From Candidatus Parcubacteria bacterium (GTDB taxonomy: Bacteria; Patescibacteriota; Minisyncoccia; Phycocordibacterales; UBA2100), in the NCBI GenBank assembly GCA_041168925.1, contig JBEEJY010000005.1, positions 2,957 to 66,956 on the forward strand: 64,000 bases of DNA, given 5' to 3'. This document shows positions 55,196 through 64,000 of this stretch, in pieces; within the stretch, counting starts at the first letter, position 1, and every line of letters starts with the position of its first letter. The translations under genes and the position numbers were made by a program. The notes under the pieces are model-generated. The model was not told the origin of the DNA, did no database searches, and worked only from the letters and a program-made list of their open reading frames with translations.

Positions 55196-56161
55196 ATGAG
55201 CATCCGGCATCCCGAGTATCAATATCTAGAGCTGATGCGGGAATGCATCGAGAAGGGCGACCGGCAGGTCGACCAAGGGCACGGCCAAGCGCACATCGGG
55301 CTTTTCGGACGACAGATACGCTTCGACCTCTCGCAAGGATTCCCGCTCCTCACGACGAAGCGCGTGTATTGGAAAGGCGTCTTGCATGAACTCTACTGGT
55401 TCATGAGCGGGCAGACGAATATCAAGTATCTCGCCGATAACGACGTGCATATTTGGGATGACTATCCATGGCGGATCTACATGGAATACGCGAAGAAAAA
55501 AAGACTGCCTGAAATGACGAAAGATGAGTTTGTCGCGAAAGTCAGGAACGACGCGGCATTCGCCAAGAAGCACGCGGATCTGCCGCGCATCTATGGAGAG
55601 ATGTGGCGCGCGTGGCCGGCAAAAGACGGTCGCGGCATCGACCAGCTCGGATGGGTCGTGCGCGAGCTTGCGAACGATCCTGGCGCGCATAATGCCATCG
55701 TCACCTCATGGAATCCGGAATTCCTCTACACGATGGCGAAAGACGAGGAGGCTAACCACTTCCCCATCTGCCACAACATGTACCAGCTCAACATCAAGCA
55801 CGGCAAAGTGTCCCTCCAGCTTTACCAGCGCTCGGCCGACATCTTCCTCGGCGTACCGTTCAATATCGCAAGCTATGCCCTGCTCGCACATATAATCGCA
55901 AAGATCCTCGGCCGCGAAGCCGGCGAATTCGTACATACCTTCGGCGATGTGCACATCTACGAGAACCATTTGGAAGCTGCAAAAGCACAGCTCGCGCGCG
56001 AGCCGAAGCCTTTCCCTTCGGTAAAAATCTCCGACGACGTAAAAAAGCTCGATGATTTCCGTCCGGAACATGCAACGCTCCAAGGATACGAGCCCCACGG
56101 AACGATACGCGCCGAACTCACCGTCGCCGGCTTTCGCAACCTGGAGAATAAACCGAATTGA
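55196..56161 (+). CDS. thyA: Thymidylate synthase (ThyA type)
   Basis: RVYWKGVLHELYWFMSG, the active-site PICH, and LPPCH-like CHNMYQLNI. Confidence 0.9.
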   Translation: MSIRHPEYQYLELMRECIEKGDRQVDQGHGQAHIGLFGRQIRFDLSQGFPLLTTKRVYWKGVLHELYWFMSGQTNIKYLADNDVHIWDDYPWRIYMEYAKKKRLPEMTKDEFVAKVRNDAAFAKKHADLPRIYGEMWRAWPAKDGRGIDQLGWVVRELANDPGAHNAIVTSWNPEFLYTMAKDEEANHFPICHNMYQLNIKHGKVSLQLYQRSADIFLGVPFNIASYALLAHIIAKILGREAGEFVHTFGDVHIYENHLEAAKAQLAREPKPFPSVKISDDVKKLDDFRPEHATLQGYEPHGTIRAELTVAGFRNLENKPN

Positions 56162-56162
56162 T

Positions 56163-56780
56163 ATGGTTCGCGGAAAATTCATCGTGCTCGAAGGCGGCGA
56201 GGGGGCCGGCAAGTCGGTGCAGATGGGAAAGCTCCGCTCGATTATGCCGCAAGGCACTGTCTACACGCGGGACCCCGGCGGCGTCGAGACGGGCGAAGAT
56301 ATTCGGCGTCTGGTGCTCTCCAAGGAGACGCGCGGCATCGACGCAGCGACGGAGCTGCTTCTTTTCATGGCTGCCCGTGCGCAACTCGTCGCGGAATTGA
56401 TCGCCCCGGCGCTCGAGAACGGCAGTATCGTCGTATGCGACCGTTTCATCCTCTCGACGATCGCCTACCAGGTCTATGGCCGCAACCAGCTTAAATACCT
56501 GCCGCTCGTTCAGGAGATTTTCGCCTCGATCAGCCGCAGGTGCGCCCCTGATTTCACGATCTTTTTGGACGTCACTCCCGAAGCAGGATTGAAGCGCGCA
56601 CGCGAGCGTCTCGAGGCGCCGAACCGCTTCGACGACGAGGCGATCGAATTCCATCGACGCGTGCGCGAAGGATACAAAAAACATCTCAACGATTACGGTA
56701 CCTCGTGCACTATCGATGCGGATCGCTCCATCGAGGAAGTTTGGCAGGAGGTGGAGAAGGCGGTACAATCAGTACTCTGA
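56163..56780 (+). CDS. tmk: Thymidylate kinase
   Basis: P-loop LEGGEGAGKS with a DRF-like motif. ATG lies 2 nt after the thyA stop. Confidence 0.85.
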   Translation: MVRGKFIVLEGGEGAGKSVQMGKLRSIMPQGTVYTRDPGGVETGEDIRRLVLSKETRGIDAATELLLFMAARAQLVAELIAPALENGSIVVCDRFILSTIAYQVYGRNQLKYLPLVQEIFASISRRCAPDFTIFLDVTPEAGLKRARERLEAPNRFDDEAIEFHRRVREGYKKHLNDYGTSCTIDADRSIEEVWQEVEKAVQSVL

Positions 56781-56841
56781 TTTCCGTATGATTTAGTTTG
56801 CGCTTCTTTGCCGATTACCAACCGTTAACTGCGAACGATTC

Positions 56842-58104
56842 ATGTACGAGCACGTCAAAAAACAAGATCCTGAAGTATTCGCTTCTCTCGAGGGCGAGGA
56901 ACGCCGCGAGTCGGAAGGACTTGAGCTCATTCCTTCGGAAAACTACGTTTCTGCGGCTGTGCGCGAGGCGAATGGCTCGTGTCTCACCAACAAATACTCC
57001 GAAGGTTACCCGGGCAGGCGCTATTACGGCGGGCAAACCTATACCGATCAGATAGAGACGCTCGCGATCGAGCGGGCGAAGGAGCTTTTCAATTGTACAT
57101 CCGCCAACGTGCAGACGCTTGGCGGGGCGAACGCCAATATCGCGATGTACTTCGCGCTCCTTGAGCCGGGCGAGACGGTGCTTGGCATGGATCTCTCGCA
57201 TGGCGGCCATCTCACCCATGGCCACCCGGTCACCTATCTCACCAAGATTTTCAAGTTCGTACGCTACAAGATGAAAAATCCCGATACCGGAGAGATCGAC
57301 TACGACGAGATGCGCGAAGTCGCGAAAAAAGAGAACCCGAAGATCGTGCTTGCCGGCTATTCGGCCTATCCGCGCGAACTCGACTACAGAAAATTCGTGG
57401 ATATCGCGCGCGAGGTGGGAGCTTATGCGGTTATGGACGTCGCCCATATCGCCGGACTCATCGCGGGCAAGGCTGTGAAAAGCCCTTTCGACTTCGGTTT
57501 CGACGTCATGACGTCGACAACGCACAAAACGCTGCGCGGCCCGCGCGGCGGACTTATCCTTACCCGCGAAAGCGAGGAGATCGCCAAAAAAATCGACAAA
57601 ATGGTCTTCCCCGGCCTGCAGGGCGGACCGCATATGAACAACATCGCGGCAAAAGCGGTGGCGTTCGGCGAAGCGCTCTCCCCTTCCTTCAAGACCTACG
57701 CTTCTCAGATATTGAAGAACGCAAAAGCGATGGAGAAAGTCTTTCTCGAAAATGGAGTGCGCCTGCTCACCGGCGGTACGAGCAACCATCTCTTGCTTGC
57801 CGACGTGTTCGGCTCGCTGGGCATCACCGGCCAGGAAGCCGAGACGCTGCTCGACCGAGTCGGTATCACGCTCAACAAGAACTCGATCGCGGATGATGCG
57901 CGAAAACCGATGGATCCTTCGGGTATCCGCTTCGGCACACCCGCTATCACCACGCGTAAATTCGGCGAGGAAGAGTGCGCGCGCGTTGCCAATCTCATGG
58001 TAGAGGCGATGAGGAAGAAAGACGATGAGAAAAAACTCGGTTCAATCCGCGAGGAAATCCGCATGATTTGCAAACGATTCCCCATCCCCGAGGCGTTCGT
58101 CTAG
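56842..58104 (+). CDS. glyA: Serine hydroxymethyltransferase
   Basis: 420 aa. The PLP lysine sits in the TSTTHKTLRGPRGG motif. Confidence 0.9.
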   Translation: MYEHVKKQDPEVFASLEGEERRESEGLELIPSENYVSAAVREANGSCLTNKYSEGYPGRRYYGGQTYTDQIETLAIERAKELFNCTSANVQTLGGANANIAMYFALLEPGETVLGMDLSHGGHLTHGHPVTYLTKIFKFVRYKMKNPDTGEIDYDEMREVAKKENPKIVLAGYSAYPRELDYRKFVDIAREVGAYAVMDVAHIAGLIAGKAVKSPFDFGFDVMTSTTHKTLRGPRGGLILTRESEEIAKKIDKMVFPGLQGGPHMNNIAAKAVAFGEALSPSFKTYASQILKNAKAMEKVFLENGVRLLTGGTSNHLLLADVFGSLGITGQEAETLLDRVGITLNKNSIADDARKPMDPSGIRFGTPAITTRKFGEEECARVANLMVEAMRKKDDEKKLGSIREEIRMICKRFPIPEAFV

Positions 58105-58108
58105 CGAG

Positions 58109-58714
58109 ATGGATCACCTTGCGCTCATACCGCTCGTGAAGTTTGTCGGCTACCCCGGCATCTTCGCGATCGTTTTCCTCGAATCGGGAATCTTCTTCGG
58201 CTTCTTCTTGCCGGGCGCTTCGATGCTCTTCACGGCCGGACTCCTCGCAAGCCAGAGCTTTTTCAACGTGTGGATCCTGATCCCTCTCGTGACGATAGCG
58301 GCCGTACTCGGCGACAGCGCGGGTTATTGGTTTGGCGCGAAAGTCGGTGTCCGGCTCTTTTTGCGCCCCGACTCGCGCCTCTTCAAACACGAGCATCTCG
58401 AGCAGGCGAAGCGCTTTTACGACAAACATGGCGTGCAGGCGATCATGCTCGCACGCTTTATACCGATCGTTCGCACTTTTGCGCCGATCGTCGCCGGAAT
58501 CGTGCAGATGCGCTACTCGATTTTTCTCTCATACAACATCGCCGGAGCGCTTCTGTGGGGATCTGGAGTGACGTTCCTTGGCTACGTACTTGGAGCGAAA
58601 GTCCCCTTCGTCGCGCATTACATCACCCCGATCGTATTGCTCATCATTATCGCAACGCTCATTCCCCTCGGATGGGAAGTGATCAAAGATAAATGCGCTA
58701 GACCAGCTGCTTGA
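58109..58714 (+). CDS. DedA/VTT family membrane protein
   Basis: Shows the conserved GDSAGYWFG DedA motif. Confidence 0.8.
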   Translation: MDHLALIPLVKFVGYPGIFAIVFLESGIFFGFFLPGASMLFTAGLLASQSFFNVWILIPLVTIAAVLGDSAGYWFGAKVGVRLFLRPDSRLFKHEHLEQAKRFYDKHGVQAIMLARFIPIVRTFAPIVAGIVQMRYSIFLSYNIAGALLWGSGVTFLGYVLGAKVPFVAHYITPIVLLIIIATLIPLGWEVIKDKCARPAA

Positions 58715-59513
58715 GCCGCGCGAGCCCGCCATGAATGCCGCCGAGATCGCCAAGCGATGAGTGGACAATCTCCGGGATCTCGGGAAACTTTCGCATGATA
58801 CCCTGCAGGTGAAAACGCACGCGATCGATCGGTATACCTATCTCGTTGAACATCGAGCCGCCGAGCACGACGCGCTCTGGCGACCAATGGAGGATCGTGT
58901 TGTGGAGTCCGTAGGCAAAGATGCGCGCAAGCTCTTCCCAGAGCGGCGAATCTTTCTCGATCTCCCGCGGATGTTTGGCGTACTTTTCCGCTATCGCGCT
59001 TCCCGAGACGAGATCCTCTAGGGTACGAGCATCCGGTCCCATCGAAAGGTACTGGCCGCCCGGCTCGAAGGTGAAGTGCACATGATCGATGACGCCGTCC
59101 ACAATGCGGGCGCCGCCGACGCCGGTCGAGACCGTGATGTAGGCGACAATCGACGCGCCCTTGCCGCCTCCCGCGGCGACTTCGCCGAGCCCTACCATCG
59201 CGGTGTCATTCTCAAGGTACACGTTCGTACCAAGAATCTTTCCAAAGTCCTCGGCCACGCGGTGCCCTCCCCAAAGCGGCAGGTTGCGGGCGCGCAACAG
59301 CGATGTTCTGTCGTGAGAAAGGACGCCCGCGATCCCGATCGAGACCGCTTGGATTGATGCGCCAGCGATCGCAAGCGTGGTTTCCGTAAAGACAGAGACG
59401 CCTTCTTCGTATGTCTGCGGAGTCGGCACGATCCGGGGATCGCTGAAATGTTCCAGGTCATCGCTGCCCGCGATCCTCATCTTGCTGCCTCCTATATCGG
59501 CGACGATAAACAT
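58698..59513 (-). CDS. ROK family sugar kinase (glucokinase-like)
   Basis: DIGGSKMRIA N-terminus, ENDTAMVGLGE, a Gly-rich ATP loop. 271 aa. Confidence 0.75.
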   Translation of the reverse strand: MFIVADIGGSKMRIAGSDDLEHFSDPRIVPTPQTYEEGVSVFTETTLAIAGASIQAVSIGIAGVLSHDRTSLLRARNLPLWGGHRVAEDFGKILGTNVYLENDTAMVGLGEVAAGGGKGASIVAYITVSTGVGGARIVDGVIDHVHFTFEPGGQYLSMGPDARTLEDLVSGSAIAEKYAKHPREIEKDSPLWEELARIFAYGLHNTILHWSPERVVLGGSMFNEIGIPIDRVRFHLQGIMRKFPEIPEIVHSSLGDLGGIHGGLARLKQLV

Positions 59514-59522
59514 GCGTTCTGT

Positions 59523-60098
59523 TCATTCCACCAAGGGTATCCCGCCGAAATCCGTCTCGCGCGCCACTTGGTACAGTGCATTGCGCACGAGCGCCGGAGC
59601 GCCGTTTCGCTCAACCACGTAAAACGCGAACCCTCGCATTTTTTTCACCGCTTCGTAGTCGGCGTGTCCCGGCATGGACGCGGAATCTTCTGCGCCTTCG
59701 ACCGGACTGTCGTCGACCATGACCATCCACGCCGATCCCGTGTTGACTACCAGGTGCCCGTACCCCGGCGGCATATATGCCGATTCACCCGCTTTCACTC
59801 TGATCGCCCTGAATTCTCCGACGGCATTCGGCGCGCTTTCATCGACAAGCTTTTGCTGCAGGACGATTCCTTCGCCCGCGACGAACCAGTAAGTCTCATC
59901 GAGATCGCCGATGTGATAGTGTCCGTAGGTCTTGATGTACTCGCTCCCGACGGTTCCCGTTTCAAGCACCGTGATATTGCGCTTTTTCGATCCGCCGCGA
60001 ATCATGTAGTAGTGGATCGCGGGGCCCGGCGCGCGCGGATCCATCAACACCTCTTTCATCTTTTCGTGCGAGCGCGAAGCGAATGGCTCGAATCCCAT
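59523..60098 (-). CDS. Cupin-type (archaeal-like) glucose-6-phosphate isomerase
   Basis: Cupin metal-binding GHYH...E...H pattern: GHYHIGDLDETYWF...GYGHLVVN. Confidence 0.65.
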   Translation of the reverse strand: MGFEPFASRSHEKMKEVLMDPRAPGPAIHYYMIRGGSKKRNITVLETGTVGSEYIKTYGHYHIGDLDETYWFVAGEGIVLQQKLVDESAPNAVGEFRAIRVKAGESAYMPPGYGHLVVNTGSAWMVMVDDSPVEGAEDSASMPGHADYEAVKKMRGFAFYVVERNGAPALVRNALYQVARETDFGGIPLVE

Positions 60099-60121
60099 AT
60101 ATCGTATTGTAACATTTTGTG

Positions 60122-62089
60122 TCACGTCACGTTTCCCAATTCCTTTCGTTTCTCCAAATACTTGAGAACGGCGCTCACGTAGGCTGCATGAGACCATGCA
60201 AGCGGGGTCGCGGAGACTTGGTGCCCCGTACGCGGATCAAGCTGCTCCGAAAGCACGCCGGAAGGTTGCGCATGCTTCACCACCCAATCAAAGATTTCGC
60301 GTACCCGGTCGAGATCAGCGGGTTTCTTCGCCCCGGCGATGCGGTACTCGGCATACCACAGCGTCGTGATGATCCAGGGATTCCCGGCCGACTCTTTGTC
60401 GCGGCGGTAGTAATGATCCCCTTCGTAGCGCGCGAGGCCGCCCGCGGGATTGCCGTAGGAAAGCCGCCGGACGGTTTCTTCCCACGCGCGCTCGACCCTT
60501 GGATCGTCGTGCGGCAAGATTGCAAATGCGAAGATGCCGTAAACACTCGACGCGTCGACGGTGCGATCGTACACAAGGCCGCCCTGGGTGCGATTCACGT
60601 GTTTGACGAACGTGCCGGAATTCCCGTCCCACAGGTGCTTCAAGACCGCTTCCCTCGTTTCTTCGGACGCCTCGCGATAGAGTCTCTCGTTCTCTTCCTT
60701 CCCGAGCAGCTTGGAAAGTTCGGCCGCCGCAAAGAGCGCCGCGCAGACGCTCGAGGCGGTAAAAGTCGAAGTCCCGCGTTTCTCTTCCCACAGATCGTAC
60801 GACGCCTCCGGCAGGTGCGTCTTGGTGTCCCGATATTCGAGCAAGAAGTTTGCGGCTCGTTCGACGAGCGGCGCGTAGAGCGATTCGAGAAGTTCGAGAT
60901 CCTGATTGTGGAGATAGTATTTGTAGAGCGCATAAATGACGATCGCCGTTTCATCCTCCTGAATCGGCAACTGGTATTCCCCGTCTTTGATCCACGGATG
61001 CCAAGAGCTGCCGAGCGAGCGATCGGGCAAATACTTGTGCATCAGGTAGCCGTCGTCGGATAGAACGACGCGGCAGAACTCGAAAAAACGCTTGGCCGGG
61101 TTGCGCACCCCCGCGCGATCGAGCGCCAGCACCGCGAAGCCCGCGTCCCGCGGCCACACATACGAATAGGTATCGAGTCCGTACTGCAGCATGTCGGAAT
61201 CGAGCGAGGCGATCACGCCGCCGTCTGCGTCGACATGCGCTTTCGTGTACATCAACGATTGCTTGAAGAGCTTGAGGTGCGCCGGAGAGAGATCCGCGAA
61301 ATGTTTTGACGAGAGATTGAGCCAAGATTTCCAATATTCCCGCGCGCTCGTTGTAAGGTGCTCCGGCGTCTTGCGCAGCACGTACTGATTGAGCTCGATC
61401 ACATCTTCCACCCGCTGCCCGCAGGCGATCCAGTAATGACACTCCCGAGTCTGACCCGGCTCGTAGCTCGCGTAGAGACCGATCGCGGAATCCGCCGGGC
61501 CATGCTCGATCGGATTTTTCGAGAGCGCACCGTCGTCCGCGTCGCGATAGGTCCCTTCCTGGCCGTTGAAGTTGGCAAGGCCGATCGCATAATCGCCAAA
61601 CGGTTTTTTATCGAGCGCCGCGTGTATGAGGAAGATGCGTCGCCCTTTGTAATGGATGACGCTGTGGCTCGCCGGGTCGAAGTATGCCGTGTCTCCCCCG
61701 TGGGATTTGTAGATCTCGAATTGCTGCGCGAAGTAGAGACGTATCTCGCGCGCGTGGTCGTAGGTATTGGCGACGGAAATCGTCCGGAAGAAAATGCTGC
61801 GCTCGTTGTACACGATGTCGGCGATCTTCAACTCAACGCCGATGCGCGGATTTTTTGCCGAAATATGCGACGCGAGCGCGTCTTCTTCGGCAGACACGAC
61901 GATCTCCCACGAAGGATCTTCCGAAAACCAAGAGATCGAGCCGTCGACCCACACGCCGATACGGTGCAAATAATGCCCGCGCACGTGATCTTCGAGCCCG
62001 ACATGCGGGTAGTAGAGATCGCGCACCAGTCCCCGCTCGTCGAGCGCGACTGCGAGCTCGCCGTTGGAGAGTATGAGGGATCTCGACAT
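60122..62089 (-). CDS. Glycoside hydrolase family 15 (glucoamylase/glucodextranase-like)
   Basis: 655 aa with an (alpha/alpha)6 barrel. YVWPRDAG and DLWEE catalytic motifs. Confidence 0.8.
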   Translation of the reverse strand: MSRSLILSNGELAVALDERGLVRDLYYPHVGLEDHVRGHYLHRIGVWVDGSISWFSEDPSWEIVVSAEEDALASHISAKNPRIGVELKIADIVYNERSIFFRTISVANTYDHAREIRLYFAQQFEIYKSHGGDTAYFDPASHSVIHYKGRRIFLIHAALDKKPFGDYAIGLANFNGQEGTYRDADDGALSKNPIEHGPADSAIGLYASYEPGQTRECHYWIACGQRVEDVIELNQYVLRKTPEHLTTSAREYWKSWLNLSSKHFADLSPAHLKLFKQSLMYTKAHVDADGGVIASLDSDMLQYGLDTYSYVWPRDAGFAVLALDRAGVRNPAKRFFEFCRVVLSDDGYLMHKYLPDRSLGSSWHPWIKDGEYQLPIQEDETAIVIYALYKYYLHNQDLELLESLYAPLVERAANFLLEYRDTKTHLPEASYDLWEEKRGTSTFTASSVCAALFAAAELSKLLGKEENERLYREASEETREAVLKHLWDGNSGTFVKHVNRTQGGLVYDRTVDASSVYGIFAFAILPHDDPRVERAWEETVRRLSYGNPAGGLARYEGDHYYRRDKESAGNPWIITTLWYAEYRIAGAKKPADLDRVREIFDWVVKHAQPSGVLSEQLDPRTGHQVSATPLAWSHAAYVSAVLKYLEKRKELGNVT

Positions 62090-62092
62090 ACC

Positions 62093-63289
62093 CTACGAAC
62101 CGCGCTTCTGCAAACGCAGCCGCAAGTCGGACAGGGCGTTCATGTAGGCGATGTAGGCGTCGTAGGGCGATTCATAGGGGGAGAAGTAGGCATGCACGTC
62201 GCCGTCGGCAAACCACTTCGTGCACATGTAATAGAAATGGTCTGATGTCTGGAGGCGCCGCCAGTCGTCCAGGAGCTTGTGGTCGTTGGCTGCATGGATG
62301 CCGCTTTCGAGCGCATAGATATTTTCTATCGCCGCGCGCTGCATCGGGTTGCCGACCCATGCGGTGAGATCGCGGTCGGTATCCGCCCAGGTGACGACGT
62401 GTGGCATGTCGACCTCGTCGCGCGGCTCGTATGAGGAGATGACTTCCGACGGCGTCTTGAAGTCGAGTCCCGGATTCTTGCCGAGCTCCTCCGGCAATTT
62501 TTCTAAAAATTGGAAAATACCCGAGTCTTCCCACTGATGCTCGCCGAAGGTTTCAAAATCCATAAAAAGATTGACGGTATCGCCGTCGGCTGCGCCGATC
62601 CACGAAGCGAATTTTTCGGCGGTGAGCGGCCATTCGCTCCAGTGTTTCGACGAAAAACGAAAAGCGACATCGTCGGAAAGCCGGTAATTCTTCAGCAGGA
62701 GTCGTGCGTTTTGCGCGCCCTTTGGTTTATACACATAGTTCGGCGAGCGCCAGCCGAGGATCGGATCCCATCCTTCCGCGACGATGCCCGCATAGCCCGC
62801 CTTGTCGGCCCATTCTCCGAGGTCGTTGCGATACGAGAGCTCCGTGTTGCGAAACACGCGCGGCCAGACTCCGAAAAGACGGCGCATGAGCTCGCGGTGC
62901 TTCGTCACTTGCGCTTCGAATTCGAGCGGCGAGTAAAAAAACGCGAGTGAGTGGTAGTAGGTCTCGCCCAAAACCTCGGCCTGGCCCGTCTCGACAATTT
63001 TGCGGAAGAGATCGAGCGCTTCAGGTGCATGGCGCTCAAGCTGCTCAAGCGCCACGCCGGAGAACGAGAAACTCACGCGAAAGCTCGGATGCCGCTTCAA
63101 AAGGTCGAGCAGGAGGCGGGTCGTCGGGACGTAGGATTTCGCTGCCACTTTTTCGATGATTTTCTTGTTGTTGAGGTCGCTCGTGCCGCGGTCGTTGAAA
63201 TATTCGGGATCATTGCCTACGTCGAACACTCGATAGCGCTTGACGCGGTAGGGTTGGTGCACCTGAAGATAGACACAGACCGATTTCAT
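62093..63289 (-). CDS. Glycoside hydrolase family 57 (alpha-amylase / 4-alpha-glucanotransferase, archaeal type)
   Basis: Its N-terminus MKSVCVYLQVHQPYR is typical of GH57. The ORF track start at 63316 is probably 9 codons too long. Confidence 0.75.
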   Translation of the reverse strand: MKSVCVYLQVHQPYRVKRYRVFDVGNDPEYFNDRGTSDLNNKKIIEKVAAKSYVPTTRLLLDLLKRHPSFRVSFSFSGVALEQLERHAPEALDLFRKIVETGQAEVLGETYYHSLAFFYSPLEFEAQVTKHRELMRRLFGVWPRVFRNTELSYRNDLGEWADKAGYAGIVAEGWDPILGWRSPNYVYKPKGAQNARLLLKNYRLSDDVAFRFSSKHWSEWPLTAEKFASWIGAADGDTVNLFMDFETFGEHQWEDSGIFQFLEKLPEELGKNPGLDFKTPSEVISSYEPRDEVDMPHVVTWADTDRDLTAWVGNPMQRAAIENIYALESGIHAANDHKLLDDWRRLQTSDHFYYMCTKWFADGDVHAYFSPYESPYDAYIAYMNALSDLRLRLQKRGS

Positions 63290-63325
63290 GCGGATTTTCC
63301 TTATTGTACAACGCAAACCGCCCCG

Positions 63326-64000
63326 TTATGACACGAGTTCGTGGACAATGCCGCTTACCTTCTTCGCCGCCTGTTCCCAGGTGAGCCGTTCCGCCTCTTC
63401 TGCCGCGTTCTCGGCGAGCGCTTCGCGCAAGCCCGGATATCCGACGACCGAAAGAATCATATTGGCCATTTCGTCGACGTCCCAGAAATCCGCTTTGAGC
63501 GCATGCTTCACCACTTCGCAGACGCCGGATTGCTTGGAAATGAGGACAGGCGTGCGCAGTTTCATGGCTTCAAGCGCGGTGATGCCGAACGGTTCGGATA
63601 CTGATGGCATGACGAACAAATCCGCGGAAGCATAGACCTCGTGACGATCAGATCCATTCAGAAAGCCCGTGAAAAACACATTGCCGCCTAATCCGAGCTC
63701 CGCGGCGAGTCGCATGACATGCTCTTGCATATCGCCGTCGCCGGAAAGCACAAAAAGTACTTTCGGATTGCGCTCCGCTACTTTCTTCGCCGCCCGCAGA
63801 AAATAATCCGGACCTTTCTGGAGCGTCACGCGGCCCAAGAAAAGCACGAGCGAGTAGCCCGATGCGCGCAACGCCCGCAAGCGCGGAAGACCGCTTCCCT
63901 CCCGGGGAACGGTCGCCTCGTCGATGCCGTTGTATACCACGCGCACTTTCCACGCGGGTATGCCATACTCGCGCGTAATGATGCTCTTCGTCATTTCAGA
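63326..64000 (-). CDS. Family 4 (GT-B) glycosyltransferase, glycogen/starch synthase-like. C-terminal two-thirds only; the N-terminus lies beyond the window.
   Basis: The frame runs to the window edge. It includes a C-terminal E-x7-E region, FVMPSVSEPFGITALEAM. Confidence 0.7.
   Translation of the reverse strand, partial: SEMTKSIITREYGIPAWKVRVVYNGIDEATVPREGSGLPRLRALRASGYSLVLFLGRVTLQKGPDYFLRAAKKVAERNPKVLFVLSGDGDMQEHVMRLAAELGLGGNVFFTGFLNGSDRHEVYASADLFVMPSVSEPFGITALEAMKLRTPVLISKQSGVCEVVKHALKADFWDVDEMANMILSVVGYPGLREALAENAAEEAERLTWEQAAKKVSGIVHELVS

Noticed and set aside
1-64000. CRISPR arrays, cas genes, restriction-modification systems, transposases
   Set aside because: No regularly spaced direct repeats and no ORFs with recognisable Cas, methyltransferase/restriction or transposase motifs were seen on either strand. 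The only tandem-repeat DNA is the coding microsatellite inside the Tyr-rich gene.

Overview
High-GC (about 60%) bacterial chromosomal segment. The gene content resembles a Candidate Phyla Radiation / Parcubacteria-like genome: archaeal-type cupin phosphoglucose isomerase, GH57 and GH15 glycosidases, a fused PurS-PurL, an RRM RNA-binding protein, a SWIB-domain protein, and an ECF sigma with a DUF5667-like anti-sigma. This lineage call is inference from gene content only.

Most of the window is housekeeping:
- Replication and repair: dnaB, recR, rmuC, a short uvrC-like gene.
- Translation: rplU, def-fmt, hpf, and tRNA-Ala(TGC) and tRNA-Asn(GTT).
- Threonine catabolism (kbl-tdh), pyrimidine (carAB) and cell wall (ddl, mreB).
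- A large purine biosynthesis block on the minus strand (purB, purC, purM, purE, purQ, purSL) plus a standalone IMP-cyclohydrolase-like domain.
- A thymidylate cluster (folA, dcd, thyA, tmk, glyA).
- An RND efflux pair, an OmpR/histidine-kinase two-component system next to an ABC-2 transporter, and a starch/glycogen cluster at the 3' end (ROK kinase, cupin PGI, GH15, GH57, GT4).

No CRISPR array, integrase, transposase or recognisable defence operon was seen. The features not explained by housekeeping are:
- a signal-peptide-bearing Tyr/Asn/Gly-rich low-complexity secreted protein;
- two small lower-GC islets immediately 3' of each tRNA, carrying lineage-unassigned genes, one of them an ATGA-coupled pair;
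- a perfect 40-nt palindrome downstream of the ECF sigma / anti-sigma-like cluster;
- a structured element with a strong plus-strand terminator in the mreB upstream region, where no plus-strand gene exists (candidate small RNA);
- a cyanophycin-synthetase-like ATP-grasp protein next to a LOG-family protein;
- an atypical (Asp to Glu) receiver domain;
- several coupled small ORF pairs of unknown function.

All functional calls are made by eye from motifs in the translated ORFs; none has been checked against a database.
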